Shown: positions 53,011 through 64,000 of the stretch, in pieces
Layout: each line of letters opens with the position of its first letter
How positions within the stretch are numbered: position 1 is the first letter of the stretch
Assembly (NCBI RefSeq): GCF_037042905.1
Contig: NC_087252.1
Location: 25,918,001 to 25,982,000, forward strand
Source: Lytechinus pictus
Lineage: Eukaryota
DNA: 64,000 nucleotides
Reading direction: 5' to 3'
Notes under the pieces: model-generated
The model's database searches: none
Told to the model about the DNA's origin: nothing
The model's input: only the letters and a program-made list of their open reading frames with translations
Translations under genes and position numbers: made by a program

Positions 53011-56000
53011 TAAAATCTCAGTTGCGCCAAGCTGATTGGTAAAGAATCAAATAAAGTGAGAACAAAGTTGTAGTTGTATGCACGCAGAAAGACACCTACC
53101 CATCATTCCACCCCCGCACACGCTCACAAAACCACAAATAACCCATAACTTTTCTTTCATACACACATCCACCCATTATACACCCTCCCCCACCCACACA
53201 CACGGTCCATTATAACTTCATAAACACTTCATAAAGTATTCTTTACATTTCCCCTTTCCCCCTTATCCCATTGGTTATGTCTTTCGTTGATCAACAATGG
53301 CCAATCGTCCAAATGTTTAAGTTCAAATTGGCTTGCCTGATTTAGAAGTAGTTGTTAATGTTGAGCCATTCACAAGTGTGTGTGGAGCTGGGTGGTGGTG
53401 CGTGGGAGAGATGATGTGTTATGTCTGTGTGTGTCATGAATCATTAACACCAAAATAAAGGTTTTGTTTGAAATATAAATTGCTTTTACATACATGATTT
53501 ATTAATTTAATCCATCCAAATTTTTAACAAAAAATACACTGATATTTATTTCGATATCATAAGCTGAAAGATCTATGACAACAAAGCCATACCAAAAATA
53601 AAATTTGTATGGAATACAGAATTGTCTTCTTTGATTTATACATTATTCTCTAATAATCACGTTTACAATCAAGAAAAGAGTGAAAAATGTTTGATACTCG
53701 GTAAATTCTTTCAAAACATGTTAACAATCAAAACTTAGAACTGAAAATGAGTCTTTCTTCATGTTATCATAACATATCATATTAGAAAGTTTCTTATATT
53801 GTAATTGGGGCTATGAATTATTGGTGTGCATTATTACCCCTCTTTGAACCACAAGAGGGGCAAGGTGGTCACTTATTCTGTATTCTTGTAAGTTTAAAAT
53901 TAATACAAACTTAATTATTAACAGGAATATACAAAAAGCGGCGAAAGTGTCTATAAAATCCTGGCTTGTGTACATCTCATACAGTTTTTATGTCCAAAAA
54001 TTATATACATTAAACCACATTATATACAATATAATACAATAATTCTGACCATGCTGGCAGAAAGAAGTATATAAGAAAAGAGCTCAGATGGGTAAAATAT
54101 TTGAAATAGGGCTTAACACAATAAAATGACAAATGATGCAAAAAGCATAACTCATTTCATTACAATAACTCACATCCATAATAGTACACTGCTTTTTTTC
54201 CAAGTTGAGGTCTCATTTCATGGCATTTTAACAGTTTCCATGACATATATTTACAAGCAGATGAGGTCAATAACTGACCAAAATGATAAAACATAAGGAT
54301 TTCAGTTGAAGTTCGTCTAATAGGCTCTGAACACAATTTATGAAAAAATGTAAACATAAGTCATAATATACTCCACTGGTTTGCTTTCGTGTTATTGAAG
54401 GAGAAATCAGGGATGTTAACGTACGGTTTCTCATTTATCCGAAGCCATGTAATACCATCTACCTAATAATAGTGCTTTTTTTTTAAAAAAATTATTGACA
54501 CTTTTTCGAAAAGTAGTCCTGGGACTTCGACAATAAAAACAAAACGTGGTAAAAAATACTTAAACATTATAATTATGATAATCTATGAACTCAAAGAATT
54601 TGTTTTGATTGCATGGATAAAACATTTTATCACTAGGCCTTAAGCTTAAATAATCCGAACATTCATTTTATTTGTATAGTTAGTTAGCTATTACGCATGC
54701 AAATTGCTATTCCTATCAGTGTACATTCTGGATATCAACGGAGCCCTCCATTGCTCTTAAACAAATAAATACATGTATATCAACAAAAACAGGAAGACAA
54801 CCAAACTCACATTAAAAAATGAGTTACCAAATTCCCATTGACTATGCACATTGACTTATAATACAAAAATATACATATTGAACACCGATAAAACAAAGGG
54901 ACCAAAATATACAAACGTCATTAACATTTTTTGTAATATTAAAGTTATGGGCCTATAGACTGATGGACGAAAATAGATGAAATGTATACGAAATGGGGGA
55001 GAGGAGAGGGGGAGAATACTAATAGTCTATACCGTCGATCTGTAACTCGGTACATCATTCTGAATTAATGTCAAAAAACCTTATTTCTGGTAAAGAGTCG
55101 CGCGAGCAAATCGCACTGTGATTATCATCTTATGAGTGCTCCCTAGTCTATTCTTGCTCGAAATGACACTAATTATTCATATGACCAAATTCGTCATTGA
55201 TTACCCTGTGAACAGCTTAATGCAAACATTATTAATCATAATACCATCTATACCACATAATCATTACGGTCATTATCCTATTGCAGTCTAATACACATTA
55301 TATGAAACAGCAAAAAATAATTATACACAACTACATTTTCATATATACACATATTTTATGCAAAGCAGTATGCAGGTATACACTTGAATTAAAAAAAATG
55401 TTCCATCATAATTTTCACCAAGACGCCAACTGACAAACGAATACATGAAGTTATATCATTACGACCCCAAGATCTATATGCCTATGAGGGTTCCATTTAC
55501 CATCAGATAAATGTGTATCAGATTGAAGTTTACAGTATCATTACTTGAAGTAAGATGATATTATCAATATATAGAACAAAATTACGTATATACATGTCGG
55601 GTAATGTATTCAATTGAAATTGGCCTGTAAAAATTGCTTTCTTACAGAAAGTCTTGTGAGCATATGGCACACTAATTACCATCTTCCTTCTTGATGGAAA
55701 GGACAATTTAATATTAATAGATTTGAAATATATCATTACCTCGGGAACAGCTTCATACAAGCATTTGTTCATGAATTTGTCATCCATAACTTATTTCCAT
55801 GTATATACATAAACATACAAAGACAGTATTTTTGATATACAAAAAGAAAATGATTTCCTTGGAAAAGGGATCACAATACGAATAGCCGCTAATCAGTTGA
55901 TACAGCCTATAATAATGAAATAACTCTTCCAAATAAAGTAATACATACTTATTATCTAAAAAATACATTCAATAAACTGATAATTAATGCAACTGGAGAA

Positions 56001-57798
56001 CAGTTAGGTACATTAATGATATTAAAAACACATTAACATATTTGCGTGCATAGTGAATACACTACGAAACAGTTTAGTCATTTTCAGTATATTCTTGCAT
56101 GATTTGTTTCTTCAGTGAGTTTTGAAAGGAGCTGACTGAATTTTTCTGTTTGATATTTTCTGGTAAAGCATTCCACATGTCAGATCTACAAATTTCTATA
56201 GGTTTTTTTTCTTATTCTGCATGGAATCAAGTTAGGTTACAAGTATGTATTGACAAGGCAAACAATCAAACTTGAATATATGGCTAAACAGGCACAAGAA
56301 TAAAGAGATACACTTCATGCTATTTAGTAAGTTAGTAAACCTGAATAGAACTATTATCATTTCATAATTGCCACCAAACGACATATTGGTACATGGCATT
56401 TTATGGTTTCTTAGGTGCCTTAAATGTCTATACAACGATGGGGAGTCTTTCTTCTTCATTTTATTTTATATACAAATATACAATGCAATTTTACATATTA
56501 CAGATGAAAACATCTCTCAGTAGAAAAAAAAGACATATACATGTTCAAAGATCATGATGATTTCATTGTGGGCAAAGAAATAATAACACTCATAAATGAC
56601 ACTTATTTTCTAAATTTGTCGAAAAATCGTGATTGATAAGATGATCAAATAATGAATTACGAAATATACATCTATAAACATTCTAAATATCGTATGTCAA
56701 TTATGCCAATGAAAAGAACATGATCGGTGCAGTAATTATTTGAATGTTGCACAAGACACACATTAATATGTTGATAAAAAGAGCATGATTGTTATCATCA
56801 CGACTTAATAGATTACACACTATGCAAGTATCATTTTACACACTTTTAAGAAAATGAAAAATGCGTCCATTGTCTGAACACAATTGGCGTGATTATGAAT
56901 GATGAAATCTCGCAACATATATTTTGCTGGATCAGCAACACCCCAAATAATGTTTAATACATAGTAATGATATTATTGAACAATCGTTTATTGGAGTTAC
57001 AGTTTCTCGTTTTAATTGATCAGTGTATTGTCAATTCAAATCTAATTTAATATAATTCAATATCTCATCTAATAGCTTTCATTATTCAAAGCTATATCAC
57101 AGCACTAAACAGCTTATTTATTCTAAACATAAATAATACGTGATATAAGCCTAATGTAGCAAAGCTTAGTATTATGCTCAATAAAGCATGCTAATATCGA
57201 AATGCATTGAAGATATACAAAATATATACTTCTAAAAAGATGGATCTACAGGTAGTTCTGAAAAACCTGCAAGGACGATCGTCCTGATCCATTTCCGAGC
57301 ATGTTCCACATACGTGTGTTTGTGTGTGTGTGTGTGTGGGGGGGGGGTGCTGTGGAAAAGGATCTGCCACCTGTACGGTCAATAGTCCTTTGAACAGAGA
57401 GGAAAGTTGGAACCTTGCTGGAACGAAGACCTTGCATTTTACTTTGATGTGGAATGATCAAGTCCTTTAGATAGGTGTGTGTATTATTATGGAGACGTTC
57501 CTACGATAATGCTGTTATTTTATTTATTATAATTAATAAAACGTAGTAATAAAAGAGCTTGGGTCTGCTCCTCTCGCCATTCTACGAATATTGAAGCCTC
57601 TAGATAGTCGTGTTTGCGTTAAATGGTTAAACGTCTTTATCTTTATCTAAATATCTTTAGAGCAAATTTAACATAGCCCGATCTAAACACTGAAACACTC
57701 GTGAAAACGAAAAGAGAATATCACGTGTACGTATTCAATGTGTCATCGACCTTTGTATTCGTTGCAATGGTCAATGTATCACACCTTGACAAAAATTT

Positions 57799-60700
57799 CT
57801 AATGATGGATTTTTTGGAGGTCAGCTAGGGCTTCCTCCTTTGTTATTGACCTCCATGACTGAGGTACGTCAACGAATGAATCTCTGTACAATTTGTAGTT
57901 TGCCATAACCCACATCCAATATTTGGACATACTGTTGATGGAATCAGGAGCTATGTCCCAATCCGGAAAGTAAGTCTTGTATTCTGCATATTTGTGGGAG
58001 ACTATATTAGTGCCAGTAGTTGAACACTTGCCAGAAGCTCGGCACTTGTATTCACAAGCGTCACAGCCGAACATCATGTCCTTCCCCTGTATGAAGTAGT
58101 TACATGTCTTATTTAGCAGCTGCTGTTTGCCGGTTTGCACCTCATCATAAACACCGTCACCAACAAAAAGTACTTCTACAAATCCCCTTGGTCTGTGCTG
58201 AACACACATGTGCCTCCTCCCATATAATGAATAATGGTCTGGTGTGGTGTCTGTGCAGGGCTCTCCACAGAATGGGCACTGTTCAGAACATCCCCAGATC
58301 CTGTATAGAATTTGACGTGCTGGAGGTGTCCCATCCCAGTCAATAGAGTGTTCGGTTTCATTGGCAAAAGCCTCCTCCAGACTATATTTAATATTAGTCA
58401 ACTGGTCCAGAATAGTCCTTTGTAGATTGTTGAAATCCACCACTAATCGAGTACTCACAAAGCTCAGGGTATTTTCTAGTACTACTATCTTCTCCGAGAC
58501 TCCTTTACAGAACTTTTTAATCCACAGTGCCATCCTCATTCCCTTCTGCCCCTTGACCTCATTGGTTGCATGGCGGACACTTTTGACAATGCATTGTATG
58601 ATATTTGCAATATAGCCCTTTGCTATTTCTTCATACTTGGTCATGCCATTTACACCTTGTCTGGAAAACATCTTATCATTTGTGTACGTAGTAATCCATG
58701 TGAAAGCATAACTTTCGGCGTTGCTGACGTAAGCTTCATATTCCTTAAAGTTTCCGTTCTCAGCTAGGTCTTCCATCATTTTTACTAGCAGGTAGTACTT
58801 GGTCATCTGTAAGTCTCTGAGAACTTCATCAATGCATTTTCTTGTAATTGCTTTCCTCACTGCCTTTTGAACAACTCCCTTCAAATGTGTGCATAAGAGG
58901 TCGCCTACCAGGGCCTCTTCAGTGCTCTGCTTGACCTTGTTCTTGAAAAGACTCCAGGCAGTATTCTTGTAGACTTGTAGCTTGGCCTTCACACCATGTT
59001 TGTTGTTATACTTTAATTGCATTGAGCTGAACACCTCGATACAGTGACGACTTACATGAACTGCTAATTTAACGGCATATCCAGGGATAATCGTGAAATT
59101 GTAGTCATTGGAAGCATGCGGATTCTGATTATGAGTTTCAATATTCTCCATGAGTGTTTGTACGACTCGTGCAGCGTGCGTTTTCTGGAATTTAATGTCC
59201 CGATTAGAAAGTCTTTTTAAATAAGTGTCAATTTCTTTCAAGATAGTTCTTGTCAGCACCAATGTCATCTGTCTTGCAGCCTCTAATTCTCGATTATTTT
59301 CATCAGCCAGGCTCTCGATATTTTTCAACAAGGACGTTTTCAAAGTGACATGTTCCTGTCTGACATCATCTACAGTGATACTGCTTTCTAAGGATGTATG
59401 CTCAAGTGGAATATTCAAAGGATGGTGTCTAAGTTCATCTCTAAGTAAAGCTCCATGTGCATGAAATCTTTGGAATAGAATCTCCTCCATCACTAAATCC
59501 ATTTGCAGCTCCTTGTCTTCGGTCTTTGGTGCAAGCTCGTGTACCATTGACACCCACATGTTATCAAACTTCTTTCTCTGCTCGGGATCAGTCACTTCTT
59601 TACCTTTCATTATCTCTGCCAGTTCCACTGCTTTGCTCATGATATGTGCCTCATGCTTTGACCACTTCTGAGTCTGCATTATTTCTACTCGACGTGCTTC
59701 TTTGATTGAAAGTAGATCCGCCCTGCCCTCAATCTGTTGTTGCTCAACTGCAGTGCTCAGTTGGTTCAGCTTGGACTGCTGCCATTGGATAATTATGTCC
59801 CGCAAGTTGCATTCCTTGAAGTAATCCTTCAAACAATATTTGGTTTTCTCAGCTATTTTGGTCAGAACTTTAGAGAGTTTGACGATGAGGGACTGAAAGG
59901 AACTTTCTAGGTCATCGACAGATTCACATATTTCTAACTTTAACCCTTTAGAGTGTAGCCATGATTTCATTGAGTTTTGTAACTCCCATTCCAAAGTGTA
60001 GTATTTGGATTGCAAACTGTTGTATGCTTTCACCTCAAGACTGTTGCGAAAGCTAAAGACGAAATCGTCAGCAAGCACGCCATTCCATAGATCATCAAGG
60101 CGAATCGACAGATCTGAAGAAGTCAGAAATGTTTTCTGCCTCTTTACAATCTCCCCCAAAAGGTTCAACCTGACCGCACAAACCTTTTCACAGTACGCCG
60201 GATTTGCAGGGGCCATAGGTGGATTACCATGCCACAGATCAGGGAAGTACCAGACATGATTTTGTACCCCAAAACTGATAATCTGTGAGAAACTATGAAT
60301 ATTTGCTATGTTTTCACTGAAGGCTGCTTCTTTTGTCATTTCATCCAAACTATCCACTAATTTCTGACATCCATGCATCATAAGTTCTTCTGCATTAGCT
60401 GACGGGACATTCTGATGAACAAATAAACAAGTTCTGTGATCCCGGATGCGTTTACCGACACGATTCATCCTTAAGAACGCATGCACTGCAATTTGCAGAA
60501 TGTCTTTCATTTCGGCTGTGTTTTCTCCTTTGATGTTAATCATGGTCACGTCTCCCAGACCAATTACAAGGGTTGCAAGTTCATTGTCATGCTCGTACAT
60601 AAGTTGTTGTAGTTCTGGTGCCCGAAGCCCCTCAGTATCCACAACAACAACGTAATCAAAAGGAAGATCAGTACCCCCATCTACAGGGATGAGTTGCATG

Positions 60701-62762
60701 TATGCTCCTCTCGTGCATCTACCTGCACTTACGGCGAACTGCAATCCGAACATGGTGTTTAGAAGTGTAGATTTCCCAGAGCTCTGGATGCCCAAGACCG
60801 AGAGAACAAAGAGCCTTTTTTCACCGATAATGTTTCCAAGTTTACTTAGCACTGCAGTCACCCATGTAATAGGGACACTTGATGTGTCTCCATCTACTAA
60901 TTCCAAGGGGCTGCCCTTCAACAACAGTTTGGCAGCTATTTCTGGCAAAATTTCCACATCTGCCCTAGTGTCTTGTCCTACATTTCTGCATCCCATCACT
61001 GCTTCGTAAATTTGTCCAAGTTCTCTGAAAAGGTTTTTTAGTCCAAATGATGCTCTGGCAAGACGACTCTCAGCATCGTCCACTTGTGCTTTCATGTTTG
61101 CCATCTCCTGTTTCTTCTTTACGTCCTTAAATTCAGCCCAAGCTTTGTAATACTGTCTGCGTAGTCCTGGTATGTTGGCTCTCGATATTTCATTCAATAA
61201 GAGGTCCATCCACTTCAGGAAATACATAGTACCATCAGGGTCCTTTCGCAGAGTTGACATGAAGTTTAGAATGAAATGTGTTGATTTATTTTTGTAGATT
61301 TTTACCTGCTCTTCACGGAGACGGCCTAAATTCTGTTTCACTTCTTCCTCTTGATATGCTGATGTCGACTGTGTGACCTGTCCTCTCGTTCTGTGTTGAC
61401 CCTTTAACAATTTGCAGTATTCAGTCCATTCAGCACATTGCAGCGGAAGTAGGCGAGGTTTACAATCAACGATAGGTAGGTCTTTCATGTGGCTGACAAC
61501 ATCCTCTGCAAGTGACTTACCTTCAAGACAGGATTCATCATTTTCATCTATGACAATCCCCATATCACTTGCATGTCGAACACACTCTTCCAGCACTTTA
61601 ACAGGACACCCACTTATTGCCTCCGACAGCTTTCTTCTAGCTTCAGTCTTGAGCTCACTGGCATTTTTCTGAGTACCTTGGCGGGTGCTCGATGAAATTA
61701 TAGGGACCCCATGCAGTAATGCTTCATGATAGGCTAGTAGATCCTTTGTAATCTGTTTGTTTTTTCCACTGATCAAAAGAAGGATGACTTTATCACTACT
61801 TTTCCTAATTTGTTGGAATGTCGTGATGTTTTGGGTTCTTATCAGGTCTTTAGCACTGGCTGTAACAAATATTACGGATGATATTTCCTGCAAAATCTGC
61901 ATCTGTTTCTTCATCAAGGAGGCATCACCTCTCAAATTTAGGATCATTGTTGTGCCTGGTAGGTGGTCGTTCTTTTTTCCGACTTTAATGAACCAGGTAC
62001 ATTCCACAAGACCATCAGTTATCCTTCTGGGTATGGTACCATTGATGCAATCTTTGTGAAAGAATGTGTCATGACTGTCATCTCTAAGAACATCGTTTAC
62101 CAGCTTGGATTTAGACAGTGGTGGCGTACCCAATCGGATGAAAGTCACCAGAGGAAAAGGGTTTCCTGTCACTGTCGTCTCAGGAGCTTCCTCTTGTTTG
62201 GTATGGCACTGTACAATAATCGTTCTGAGTGCCCAAAGTGACATCCCAATACTGTCTTCTGTTCCTAGGGGATAAAGAAAAGGAATTGCCAGTTTGCAAA
62301 CAAATAACTTCTGAGCGAGTGTTTGTTTTAGGAAGTTGTCACAACATGTAAATATTGCCACCATGGCATCCAAAGTGTTGATATGAGTTGCATTGCCTTC
62401 ACAGCCACCAGTATTTTGTATTTCAAGAAGAGGAGCAAGAAAGTCAAACCCATCTCGGTCTTCAGGCCTTTCTTCTTTCGATGATTTGTTCAGCAACATT
62501 GAAAGGTGGTCTCTTGCATGAAAATCAGTCATAAGGAGTTTTTGTATAATCATCCAGGGAAGATCAACATGCTTAAGGTGTTCAGTAGTTTTTTTAATGG
62601 TCATTGCATCCAAAAGGGATATCTTAGATGGAAAATACATGTCTAAGCCTAGGGTCTTAAGGATATCTAAAAAAATGCCCCTCTCCGTTTCCACTGTATT
62701 GGCTGCCTTAAAGGGTTCCTCCTGATCGCTGTCTTCGTCAGCAGTGAAATACACCCTCAGGC
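57799..62762 (-). CDS. Copy C terminal exon: intact very large inducible GTPase (GVIN1/URGCP family, ~1650 aa)
   Basis: Uninterrupted ORF with ttgcag phase-1 acceptor at 62763. G1 GIQSSGKSTLLN, SAGRCTRG, G3 DTEGL, HDNELAT, FVFSFRNSLE, a helical region, and C-terminal CPFCGEPC...H...HRP. Confidence 0.95.
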
Positions 62763-63339
62763 CTGCAAGTGATATTGAGACAATAAATCAACTTTTCAGA
62801 TAGAATATATTTTTAAAAGGCATGAATAAAACTTACACATGATAAATTCAAATTCATTATAAAGTATGTACAGCAACAGTTTGAGAGACTTTTTGGGGGG
62901 TTAAATAACGTTCATTAATTTCTTTCTATTTTTAATATTGTTATCATTGTTTGCAATGTCTCTATAGTGCTACACGTAGTACAATTTTTTTGAATATCGA
63001 CATTTATCTTTCAGAAAATCTAGTGGCAGGAGCGTTGCTATGCCTTTTCCAGTAGGGGTGTGGAGGTCCTAATTACCGACAAATATCGGTAGCGATTACC
63101 GACGTCCGGCAACCACGAACCTTGGAAGTGTTCTACATTTTCCTTAGTCACATTTTGTTTCATCATACCCAGGATCAGTAACAGTTTTTATCGATAAGGG
63201 GGGGGGGGGTAATTTAATCAAAATTTTCCCGTCGTGTCCGCCGAAATATGATTGTTTTTCTCCTTGTTTTAAGGGGTCAGTCATAACTAAATTTTCATTT
63301 TTAGAAGCACTATAAAGTATTTCATGTGGCCTGAATATA

Positions 63340-64000
63340 AATTACCACGCGAACGCGAAGCGCCAGCTCAATTTTTTTGATATTTTATTTGCAAATTGAA
63401 CATTGAACATTGAACTTTGTGAGCTGATTTTGTATTCATCATGGGGGCATCTATCTAAACGATCCATGCGAGCGCAAATCGCGAACTGAAATTTTAATAT
63501 ACTGGCCAACAAATAGACCTGTTAAAGACTGTTTGCAGTGATCAATGAAATAAAACATTTCTCCCCAATCCCAAAACGCGAGTGTGAAGCATTAGCTAAA
63601 TATTTTTATATTTTGACCTGAGAACTCGATTGTAACCATGAATAGGTGACCAAGCAATTGATGCAATTGCGAAGCGCGAGCTGAAATTTTTATTTCCGAC
63701 CAGAAAACTGGACATTGTAAGCACTTTTTGCATGATTAATATGCGTACATTGCAATTCATTAAGCGCGAGTTCATACTTTTAATCAACCTTTCTGAATTT
63801 CTTTATCAACTGTTTGCAGTGACTCATGAATAAAATACATTTCTCACTAATCAAATAGACTGAGCGCAAAGCGCGAGCAGAATTTTTTGTCAGGTATTGG
63901 ACCTGAAAACTGGACTGGTTAAACATTGTATAATAAAGAACACAGTAAACAAGCGCGAGGCGCGAGCTGACGTTTACTTCACATTTTGAACTAAAAAATG
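63340..64000. repeat. Degenerate ~120-bp interspersed minisatellite (gcgaagcgcgagctgaaatttt core)
   Basis: The core recurs about six times; related motifs at ~980-1300 (reverse) and ~17230-17460. Confidence 0.65.

Noticed and set aside
58104..62241. Many short plus-strand ORFs overlapping the VLIG exons (also 29937-32234)
   Set aside because: They are antisense shadows of the coding strand with no independent motifs.

Overview
AT-rich, intron-containing animal genomic DNA; the repeat families suggest a marine invertebrate, possibly a sea urchin (inference). The window holds part of a minus-strand tandem array of one gene type. It contains two sets of signal-peptide/Ig-V/Ig-C exons (2652-4237 and 46055-48291) and two giant exons encoding very-large-inducible-GTPase (VLIG; GVIN1/URGCP family) proteins: a decaying copy at ~27310-32445 and an intact one at 57799-62762. 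Manual splice reconstruction of the middle unit links SP -> IgV -> IgC -> transmembrane exon -> acidic linker exon -> VLIG exon through five consecutive phase-1 introns with no frame break. This predicts a type-I membrane Ig receptor with a cytoplasmic VLIG GTPase, which is the main candidate novel system. The rest is transposon-rich: a decayed Gypsy element in an intron, L1/Tx1 and CR1/L2 LINE fragments, an Academ-like XPG-nuclease remnant with nested Tc1/mariner and Mutator/Foldback-like non-autonomous elements, MITEs, tRNA-derived SINEs and satellites. All coordinates were read by eye; the splice model has no transcript support yet.
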